Source of the DNA: a virus
DNA length: 64,000 nucleotides
Strand: one strand, 5' to 3'
Virus record (IMG/VR): IMGVR_UViG_3300009370_001603
Span: 32,001-96,000 of that record
Positions 17,957-29,900 of this stretch are shown here, in pieces. Below the pieces are notes generated by a model. It worked only from the letters and a program-made list of their open reading frames with translations. It did no database searches and had not been told where the DNA came from. Numbering within the stretch: the stretch's first letter is position 1; each line of letters starts with the position of its first letter. A program made the position numbers and the translations under genes.

Positions 17957-20900
17957 TATTTACCCCTAAGTCTTAAATTTAGGTTGTCCGTAGTTTGGGT
18001 ACTAGTAACATTTAGGTTCAACGATTGATTGGAAGAACCGCTAGCTACAGTCACAATTAGCGGCAAGCCGCTGTCAGAAACGACGCCACTAGCCCCAAAA
18101 GTCCTTAAGTTCATACTATTATACACATATGCGGACGGAGCACCCGATAACATTAGGCTCATATGTCCGCTCACATCCACTGGTTTTCCGGATGTAATGA
18201 GGTTTAATGAGCCGTTTGCAGACTCACCACCAACGAAGTCCCCTATAACACACTCAACGAATGGTCTATGGGTCACAAAACCCTTTATTGATGGATCGAA
18301 ACCAGACGCTTCAATATACAAATCTCCGTAGGCGTTGGAGAATACGATTCCAGATGTCTCATGTGTTATTGGATCTCCGGTCTCATTTTGGTACACGCGA
18401 TCTAGTAACATATTTTGGCCGTCGTCTGTTTTAGCTCCAAATATCTTTACATCGATCCAGCTTCCAGAATTAGGTATGGATGGGATCTGCCCCCTCAGCA
18501 TGGCGTCATAAGTAAAGGCGGCCCCAGCGTCCGTCACGCCACTCGAATGGTGGTTTCCGCTCGTGGCATGATCATGGAATGGAGAGCCAACGGCTAGGGT
18601 GTAATCACTGTCTCCTCTTTCTGACCTGAATATAGAAACAGACCTACCAAAACTATCATTCTCGCATCCGCTAGAAGTTAAATTGTCTCCAATGTAAATA
18701 CTGCCCGATCTGGCGTGATACCCGTGGGAGAAGAGTTTTTCTGCATAAACCCATTCTTTTGTCCTTGCTTGCCAGTCTGTAATACTATGTCTGTAATTAA
18801 ACACCGCCCCATGATTAAGAACCATAGTTCCGCTGTCTGTATCAAAGTAGTCAACCCTAATCCCAGAACTGCCTAAATCATAGAATTTGTGTGATGGTAT
18901 GTCGAACTCAGCCCCGAAACTCTTTCTTTGGAACGCTGTGTTTAAATCATTTGTTACCACCGCGCCGCTATAAATATGCTCATGAAGCGTCTCGTAATCG
19001 TGATGTGGGGCACCGATTGCAATCATATCTGCGTCAATTGCTACAGAGTATCCAAACTTATCAGTTCTACCACCATTATTAAGAGCAAAATCATTGTTTA
19101 AGTGATGATCGCCTTTAATCGTTTGTAGGGTAGAAATAGTAGCACCATCAAGCCCGATGTTAATACTACTCGGTTTAATTTTTTGTCTGAATTCCCAAGG
19201 TAGTCTTTCGTTAACAACATTCTTTCCACTGCCAGTTTTCTCAAAGTAGAACGCAGCTCCAGCTCCACCGTTTTGACTAACCACGACCCCAGACCTGAAT
19301 GGGTCATTTTCTATTTCGTGCCACTGAACTATGCCGCTAATTCCGCTTGCAACATTTTCCGTAACGAGACCATTGAAGGGTGTGCCAACAATAAGTTTGT
19401 TATTTGTTAGGTCAACCGAGAAGCCAAATAGGTCTCCGGGACATCCCGAGTTATAAGAATCAAAGTCTAAGAAGTCTCTACCTTCTGCTACTTTCATTAA
19501 GTCATTAACGCCGCCTTCTGAACCCGCATCAACTAGGAAATCTTTCTCTACACCATCCACAACGTAGTTTGTGGGAAGTTGATTCAGGAAGTCACCACTA
19601 AATCTGGGATACCCACCATAGTCGGGATAGACGCTGCCTCCAAAATATTTAATTTCGATGTCTATTTGCTTAGGGGTTGATGGGTCTGCCGGTCTGCCCA
19701 CGTCGTTCGCTGGATGATAAGTATCTTCATTGTCTACAAATTCATCTACGGTTCCGTCACCATTCGCGCCATAGAGTGGGAATAAAGTATTGGCTACGCC
19801 CTTCGCGGCATAATACTTAGGGGCGCTGCCTCTCTCTGGTGCGCGTAGTTTTTGGGTAAACTGGAATACCTTATCGCTAGTCGTCACGTCGAAACCGCGA
19901 CCACCAAATTCCTTTCTCTCGTGTGGGCTTACGGGGTACAGGCTTCTGATAAAGAATTGATTTTCACCAACAGAATCATTTCTATAGTGCTTGCATTGCC
20001 CTTGAATCATAGTGGAGTCTGTAAGTACTACAATTTTGGATCTTTCAAAACCATTCGCGCCATTTGTGAAATGCTCATATTCTTCTGCCGCAACAATTGG
20101 GCCATCTTCGATTTCTTCATCGCCGCGTGGAGCACAGCACGTCTCATCCTTGGGCGGTGGGCACGGGGGATTAGCTGGATTACAATACTCTTCACTTCGA
20201 TGCATGATCGGCCTAAAGACTCCCGGTATCACGCCTTCTTCAGCGGGAATGGTCTCACACTCTTCTCTGCAATCCCAGCCAATTATCCTTTTCCCTTCTT
20301 TTGGTTTGTTTAGAATTTCTTCCTCAAGCGGAAGTGGACATCCCGATATAGACAATATTCTGGCGGTTTGAGGATAACCATTTGCTGGGTCGTGGCCCTT
20401 GCCACCGGCCTCATCGCACTGTTCTACCCAAATTTGCTCTTTATATATATCCGTATCAAATATGATTCTTAATTTACCAGTCTGGTCTGCTTTCACATCT
20501 ACGTAAGACTGTTGTACATTGCCAACCGTGGTTGCCCCCAAACGACAATTTCCACATTCTTCGTTTGGATCACAAGTGCCACAATCGTGGAAATCCTCAT
20601 TATACCAGCAACCATTTCTAAGGTTTCGCTGGGGCGCAACGTTTTCGTCGGTCATTTCAATGATACCATGACAGTCGCAGGGAGGCTGCGGGAAGGTACC
20701 ATCCCATGCGCACGGGGCGTTCGCCTCAAAGACATTCTCAGCGACACCAAACGTCCCATATATTTCATTCTTGGTCTCAGACACCCAATTCACAAATACC
20801 CTATAGCCGGAGCCGGGATTAACAGGGAATTGACCGCTAGCCTTACAGTCTAGATACCAGAGATTTTCTTTGTTGACTTCTGGACATATATCATATACCC

Positions 20901-23900
20901 CTTGCCACTGGCTGTGTAATTCGGGTGTATCATACCAAATTAAATTTTTGTAATCTCCGCCGCCAGAAATCGGAATAAAATCAAACAAATCACCCTCGTC
21001 CCAGCCACAATCTTCTCCATTGAAAATATCTTTTTCATCGCACTCGTGGTCAGGGCTGTGTCTCAGTGATACCTTTTGGACAGATGTTCTCTCTTGAGAG
21101 TTATAGTTTTTATCCCACGCATAACCATGTAAACAGCCTGCAAAAACATCGGAATCAAGTTCTAGTTTTTGCAATATTGTATCAGTGTCCTCCGGGGCGT
21201 ATGGGCAACAATCTTGCCTATTGCCCTCATCCACTATCTTGTTGGTTTGAACAAAATAATCGCCCTTGCACGGTCTGAGCCAAGGCCTACTCTTTAGCCC
21301 AAGTTTCTCAAGTAGAACTGAAACATTTTCCGCTAGGCCCTGCCTGTTCTCTCTGTGCCATCCAGCATAAGTGATGAATAGCTTCTTGTTTCCATTCTTC
21401 AACCAATTTTTTAACACGGAAATGTCATCGTCTGTTGGCATTCCATCCGGATTAGCAATCCAAACAGTGTCAACAGCCTCAGTGCCATCAATATCAACTC
21501 CGGGTCCGTACACTTCATTCTCGGTAACATTAATACCAAAGGCGGTTAGCTTTTCTTTTATAACTGAAAATTCATAAGCATCTTTAAAGGAGGTTCTCTT
21601 TGTCCACCCACCAAGCTGCACTAAGCGACCGGCTTCCTCACAGCTTTTCCTTACTGTATTTACATAAAATACTATGTTTTGATCGGAATTGCCCCCTATA
21701 TCGTCACCACCAAGAGAGTCGGTAAAGCTACGCTCATTTTCTCCATTAACAGAGGCTAAAATAAACACCCTATTATTCCCGTCTACAGTTTCCCCCTCGT
21801 CATTCTTGTATAGGTATGGTTCTTCAACCATTAATGTAGACTTTTTATCGAGCAATACTCTTTTATCTACAACCGTGACTTTTTCTTTCACGTCTCCTAT
21901 TCCCTGTAGAATTGCATCTCTGCCATTCTTGGGGTCTGGATTTATAAAGCCACCCTTGTTATCGGATAATCTCCAATATTCTATATTCTCACCTATAGAC
22001 TGCCCCGTGAAGTCTCCGGAAACAGAGAAGGCCAAGGTGTCTAATTGATGGGTTGCAAATTTGCATTCCTTATAAAATTGAGGGATGGTAAAGAATTCCC
22101 AAATTGGATCGCATACCGTCTCACAAATAGTTTCCTCTGGGCGAAACCAATGTTGGTCCGGTGTCCACTCTGCCGCCGTCAGGATTGGAACAACATCTTC
22201 CCACGGCCTATTAATCAAGGGTTTTGGTGATGAGGGATAGTTTCTACATGGCGATCCTATAGGCCCACTCTTATCTGAATTCGTGAAGTGGAATGGCCAG
22301 TTCATCTTATACTTATGGGGCATCCCATTATCTTTTGCGCACGTTACATTCCATTGCGCCCTAAGATCTCCAAGATGCTTGATCGGAAGGTTACAAACGG
22401 TCTGATTGTCCTCGTCACATGGTGAAGACACAAACAAATCTTCAAGACCTAAATCAGACACGTCGTATACGATCTTTCCAACGCCCTTGGCAAACATGTT
22501 GGGAGCAGCATGTTTTGATTCATAGGTATCAGTGTAAGCATTTTCTGGAACAAATGACTTGGTAACATTCCATCTATTCCCAAATACATCAGTTTCACTA
22601 ATACATTCCGGAAGAGACTCATATTCAGTGTCGGCAGCCTCAATTTTCATTCGAGAGCCGAGTCTTTTCAGGATCTTATTAACTATATCGTTGGATTCCC
22701 TGTAGAGACCATCTTCCTCATAAAGCGGATCATTACCAACCAAAACCAAGGTTCTGTCGCCTAGGGCTAACCAGTTTTTAATGTTATCAATAATTTCATC
22801 GCTGGCAGCATCTAGTTCTGGTGTAATTATAAATGCAAGCCCAGCGTTTCGTGGTATTTCTATGGTAGAAAATGGCAATCTTGTAAATGGTATATTGTCG
22901 GGCTGGAAGTAATTACCCATGCGATCATAGAAACCAGCTTCACGAAGCTCATGATGAACTGATCTGTCAAGATTTCCAAACCTCGTGAATTCTACGGCTC
23001 CGCTATGGGAAACGTACTGTTTAGCTTCAAACATTCTCACGGCACCGGCGTTTGTATACGAAGCAAATGTAGCCTCTTTGGCGCCCCTGTTGTACCACAC
23101 ATTGCTATCCTCAAACATCGTGGTGGAATCTGTGGGCGCTCCAAACGCAACGGTTATTCCGTCATCATCTACGGAGGTGCTATATCCCAGCCTAGAGCTT
23201 CCTAAGAACTCACCTTGAATAAATTGCCAAGTTCCAGTGGTTGTAATATCGCCATACTTGTAGTTAAATATGGGCTTATATAGTTCAATGGGAAGTCCGT
23301 GACCGTTTGTTCCCTTACCAATACCATCCCAGAAATTTTTATCTGTCCTTAGCCAAAGCTTATTAGTCTGAGAAAGCTCATGATAAGTTTGTTTCTTGGC
23401 ATAATCAGCCCCATGTTCTAGAACTAAGGCATCATATCTAGCCAAGGGAATCTCAAGGTTCCTATAAACAAGCCAGTCCCGAATCTTATTATACATTCTT
23501 TGGTTTTCTGCGTCTTGTCGCTCGAAAATTTCGCAAGGAACATACGTCCACGGAGAACCTACCGAAATAACATCCGAATTTTTACTGATTGCAACAGAGT
23601 GGCCAAACCTGTCGTTGTATTGCTTGCCAAAACCCAAGAAGTCATCTGGAGCATCCTGTTCATTCTCTTCATTAACCTGTCTTTCGCTATATGGTATAAT
23701 TTCTTGCACACAGTTAAATGTGCCGCTCTCTTTTTCAAATACAAAAACCCTACCACCAGAAGAGGGGGGAATTTGGAATTCCGCAGCATTGGACTTTGCC
23801 CACTTTTGACCAACGCCACTCGTGATGAAGCTAAGGATTGGATATGGCGTATTTTCAATGTTGTTATCTATCAGATAGCCAGAGTTCAACGTGTTGTTAA

Positions 23901-26900
23901 TCAGAGACGCTGTGGTTAGCTCCATTTTCTCAGACGCACCAAGTTCTATTCTGGTATGGCCAGACATGGGAACGGGAATCTCTGGATTGACTACTCCGCT
24001 CGCATGACTGTACTCTTTATAGAAATCAACAAAATCGTCCACAACATCTTCATCGCCTAACTGGAAGGCTTTACCAAAGAGTGTACTGTGGCTATTCTCT
24101 TTAAATATACCTACAATTGGCGGTATTCCACTGTGAGGCTCAAAGGCTGTCCAGTCAGTTTTCGGAGGGAACATCTCTCTGAATGCGCCAATAATACCAC
24201 TAAGCATAGAGTTATAGGTATTCCTAGCTCCAAAATTATCTACAAGCTTTTGGTCATCCATTCTTGGGATATAGGTATGTGAGAAGAAATCTTTAAACTC
24301 GTCTGGATGTTTTTTCTTGTCCTTATCGTGATCTGTAAGTTGAAGTATGAGACATTTTACGTTTAAGTTTGGCTGAAATTCATTTGCAGTTTGGGCATTC
24401 CACGGGGCTGAGAAATATTTGTACAGGTGCTCCCATTTCTTACCAACATTTTTTATATATTTTATATTGTCAACATTGTAGGTAAACTTGTCAACAAAGA
24501 CCACCATGCACATTGGGATGCCGGAGGTAGTAATATCTGGGAATCGTCTAGACCAACCGGCGAAAGGTGCTCCAGCAACAATGGTCTCCCTGTCTCCGCT
24601 CTTGGCGATGTCTACCGAGCTTCCAAGCAATCTACCCTCTTGACCTATATTCCATTTTCGTCCAGATATGGTGAATTGATCAAATGTTATTAAGTTTTCA
24701 ACAACTTTGTCTACATAATCTCGCCTAAATCCAGACGGGAGCATTAGCTTATCTTCCATCGTCCAGATAGACTTTTCACCAGCAACATCTTGCCCTCTTC
24801 GATACAAGAACAGCGATCCGGCATCTGGTATGGCATGGCCAGAAGCATCTGGGATTTCTATCTTGGGTGAACCAACAACCATCAGATCGCTGGTAACAGC
24901 AACGGCCTCCCCGTAATTATCAGTTGGGTTTCGTCCGGATATGGGTGTGATGGAAAGATTACCACTTAGATATGGATAGTCGCCAATTAATTTAACACCA
25001 GAGTATACAATGTCAGAATCACAATCTCCATCGCCTTGATCCCCGCCCCTCCAGTTCGGGCCACATATTCCGTATTCCCACTCTTCAAAGTCTCTAGGCA
25101 CTTGAATGGAGTCTGTAGACCCAGTAGTTATTTTAAGGGTAGAGTAATAAGGGGCGTTTGGAATCAAACCAGTATATTTTCTGAAGCCGTAATAGTTCCC
25201 GCTATAGCCAGTCTCTCCGGCAAAGTTTATAGCTCCGGAGTTTGTGTATGTATTGACAGCTCTGAATATACCTCCGTCATTACACGTTTCTGGTCTCCAT
25301 ATTGTTTCGTCGGTCACGAGGGGTGGATCAATGGCTTTTCTTGGACTATCACTATCACATGCTCCATAGCCAATTAAATCAACACCCCTGATTTCGTTTG
25401 AAACCGGTATGGCCGCAATTGAGTTATCTCTTAGTTGGATGCCGGTACCATAATTTTGGTTATACCATCTTAGGTATGTGGAACCTACCCCTCCATAGTT
25501 TGGAACATATAGGTTCATTCCAAGTTGTGAGGCTCCGCCGTCCGACGCTTCGCTTCCGGAGGAGGAATTTGCTTGACTAGTTACTTCGTCGTCTCCGTAT
25601 ACCGTGAGCTTTAGGGTTCCGGAGGTAACAAACTGGTTATTAACTACAACCAGAGGCATTTCAACTTCTGGGGATCTATCTATTAGTTCGGCACCACCCA
25701 ATATATAGACTGGTATCGTGCCCGAATGAGGATGAGGATCACCCGCTAGATTATTCTCTATACGAAGCTGCATCTGCTGGAAAAAGCCCGTGCTATTGCC
25801 AGATGGGGCGTAGGTATACAGAGGTAATTCGCCGCCACTAGGTGTAATTACTAATCCGTCATTAGCAATAGACAGGGGCATCTGCAACGTAGAGATGCCT
25901 TTACCTTTCGTTACCAGATTAAATGTGCCAGAAGCCCCGCTAACAACATTACAACAACCAGCGGTGTGTAGTGGGAATTCCGGGTCAGACGCGATAGCTA
26001 CAGCTACGGTACGTAGTGGTAAAGCCCCATCTTGTCTAAGGGAGCCGCTAACATTCAGCTCAAAACCAGATTCAGGCAATAAGACTGGGCCAAATGTGTT
26101 AAGATTAAGTATGCCACTATCTTTTGGAGCCACCGAAAGCGTATGTAAATCAAGGCTTCCCTTCAAGACATCTGTGCAACCACTAGCATATAGGTTAAAT
26201 ATGCCTGAGTCGGGCGTACACTTCACAAAGGCTTCATCCATTCTGACATGAGCGCTATGAATATCAATATTAGAGTCGAATGCTCCGCCAGACGGATAGA
26301 CCAAATCATATTGCAAGAACATGTCGTCAACATCTTGCGAATAATATTTTTCGGTAAACTCAGTCAGTCTTGGTTCTGCCGGGAATAATGCCCACTGTTC
26401 TGAATCATCAATAAGATTTTGATAATCAAACTTACTATCCAGCCTTACCATATAACTAGAAGGTTGAATGTAATGAATGGACCTGTTAATTAAGCCCCAG
26501 TTGCTTTCATTAGGAGTCCAATAAGGTTCTTTTTTCTTCGTATATAAGCTTACGACTAACCTTGGGCCTTTATAGTGATCTTGGTAAGCGTGTTTATGTT
26601 CATTGCAAAGATGGAAGGTGGTCGGTTTGCACTCTGGCCATTGAATGTCATTATCGGCTCTGTGTTCAAGGACAGTTTCGACAACCAAGGCCTTGTCTTT
26701 AAAGTTGTACCCAATAGGCAGACTCTTAGTTATTCTCTTAGCTACAGAGTGGAAGTTGTCCGACGTGTCGCTTAGGTGGAACCGCAAGAAGTCATTTTCG
26801 ATTTGGGTGTGATAGGAAACGCCGCTACTAATCGTCGAGGGCCAAGAGTTCAACGATAGAGAGCTTTGATTCTCATATGGAATGCCGCTATGTTTCAGGT

Positions 26901-29900
26901 GGAAACTAATTAAATCTTTTCCAGCCCTTTTTGTCCAATGGCTAAAGGCAGAGCTAAATGCATGAGTCTTGAAGTCACCTAACGCCCAGTCTGCTTGAGT
27001 ATCTTCGTTTACGTAGTCCCAGAGCTTGTACGTATCGTTACTGCTAGGCTCTCCCGGCTCAAAGAACTTAACCCTATGATTTTCCAAGAACTTCTGAGCT
27101 GTGACCTGTTTGTATGTCGCGTCAGCATTGGTTTCTACAATGTTGGTTCCTGAGCCATATACGCCACTATTCCAAGTAGAGATTCCAAATTCGGTCAGTA
27201 GCATATTCATTCCAACGCCAGAACCGTCAGAGTGACCAACGATTAAATTTGCACTATTAGTATGCTTTGTAAACTTACTAGAAGATGCTCTAAGTGTAGT
27301 CCAAACGCCGGAGTGGAATTCATTATCAGTATATAGTTTTAGCTTCTCGCTCTCATGATCATTATATGTGAGTATAACAGACAGTGGGTATTGATATCCG
27401 CTATACTTTACAGTGTCTTGAACAGAGACCAATGTTCCGTCTGTGGCTTTAGCGTAACCGCATAAGTAGCCGTCTTTATAACCAAGGGCGAAATCCATGT
27501 CTGATGGCGTAGTCCATTTAGAGAAAAGTACGCCAGAGCTAAATAAATCATAAGTTGTTCCCGACACATCTATATCTGGTGTGAATCTCGTGAAGATAGA
27601 GAATCCTCCAGAGGCGTCAATATTACCAAAATTAACGTTCTGATTATGGCCAGATATTCTTACAACGTTATCAAGAGCATCGGCAATCATACCATATAAT
27701 TCATGGTCTTCAAAATTGTGTGCCGGGGAGGTGGAAGACAATGCCGTCCAGTCTGTTGTTTTGTAGCTACTGGTGTGATTAGGTGCTTTTGTACTAAATA
27801 TATTCTGAGTCTTAAATCTCCACCCGACATTCTTGTAAATCTCAGGCGTGGAATTAAATAGTCCACTTACTCCACCAAAGCCTGCTCCCAGCGATCTAGA
27901 TTGAACATATTTTCCATCCATGTAGTCAAAGTTATAGAAACCGGACAGAAGGGGGAATTCAAGTAAAGGATTATAAAATCCAAAGCCAAACGCATCAGTA
28001 TCGTATGGACCCTGAACGGTCCCCTCTAACCCCCTCCACCTTCTAGAGTAATTAGATTTAATGCTAGAGGGGGTGCTATAGGCATGTGGAATATTAGTTA
28101 TAGTTGAAAGCGGGCCATATCCAGAACCGGCATTTATTATGCTGTCATTACCCTGCTTTGTGGACGGGAAGATTTTACCTTCAGATCTTCCGTCTTGTAT
28201 TTTATCAAAACACTCTCCACCCTGAATCTCAAGTTGTAGCGCGGCCTGTGGGGCATATCTAACCAGTAGATGGGCGCTGGCAATAGCGGCTCCGCTGGGG
28301 AGTGGGTATATGTCTAAATACAAATGTTCAAGCATAGAGCTGACATTGTAATTTCTGGAAAGCCCGATCTCTACATCATCTTTGTATACCTTTAGTGGTA
28401 CTTCATAGTCAGCAAAATCTGTTGTATTAACTATTGGATATCTTGTCAGGGAATAATGGTCTCCCCCTAAGTTGCCGCTTGTCTCTAAATATTTTTCCCT
28501 CTCAGATATACTTCTGGTAGATAACGCTAAATCGTCATCGTTGTCATAGTATCCAGATATAACAGGGTGAGTGCCCTCGCTGGTTATGATCTCCCCATTA
28601 ATCTGGACTGATGACGGGTTCTGTAAAAATCCGCTTGGAGCTTTTGTGATATTGAGGAGTTTGTCGTCGCTCCACCCAACAATGTCTAGCACATAGTCTC
28701 GGGAATCTGCTGCCTTCTTTGCCTTTACCTTTAGTGTAATAGACTCTATGGCCAAGAAGTTATTATCAAATCCAGCTTCAACTTTTCTTTCTGTTTGAAA
28801 TGCTCCGCTCGGGTGGAACCAAATTGGGCAAGTGTTTTGATCAAACTCGCACCCAAATGCTCCCCGCCTGATCTCATTAACAGGCCCGTGGCCATAGCCA
28901 AACTTTACAATCATCTTGCCAGAATCAAAATGAGGCCCAGTACTGTGCAGCTCGGCATAATCTAAGGTAGAATCAGTCTGCAATGCCTTGACAATCTGTT
29001 CAGAACCACATGTGTCCAAGTTATTACCAAGAATGCTAGAACTACCATCGTACATTGGCTTGTTCTTATGCTGCCACACACTACTTACTGCTGGGAAAAT
29101 TCCACTATTACTTGCGTCAGCTAAGGCAAAGAACGACGGTAAGATTTTCTTTTCCAGTCTTCTCCCGTTTCGCGGAGTGTCTAGAAAGAGATTAAAATAG
29201 TCCTCTCGTCTTGGTCCAGTGTATGAACTCAGCCAGTCCCCACCGCTGTTACAAATTTCTATAGCAGAGATTCTTATGCTTTTAGTTGGATTAATTAAAG
29301 ACTGGCCTTGCGTTGATAGCGGAGCACCGTCCAATGCTAGGTAATCATCATCATCCGCAACGGTCGTGTGCATTACATAGTCTTCTTCAAACCCTTCGTC
29401 AAATCCGGGGTCAAACGCATCGTCTCTCGGTGTAACCTTTACCTCGAAAGAGAGTTGATAACCAGTGATTTGATGTGTGTGCGGTTGGTCACGACGCTCC
29501 CAGTCATACTGGTCTGCAAACTTATTTGTAATTGGTTTTAAAGAATATGTAGCATAGTTAACAAGAGTTTTATCGTTACTATAGTCTACATCGCCAAGAA
29601 TGTTTATATCTTCATACTGAACCATCGCGTTCCCGGATGGGTCGGAAAAGGTAACGTTCTTAATCGTATAAAGCGGGGCTATTTTGGATTCATAGTTAGC
29701 CATCGGGGCAGATGCTCTAATCCGCAGTCTTGTCTGATCCGGCCTAATGTGGAAATCAGTTAACTCACTCTTGTACTGGAAATTGCCCTCAGTATGGTAG
29801 CCACTGGGGTGAATAAAAGAATTGGCGTCGTCGGCCAAAAGGACGCTTTGGCTAAAGGGGGTGTGATAATCCCCGGTAAAAACACCCTCATCTATAAATG

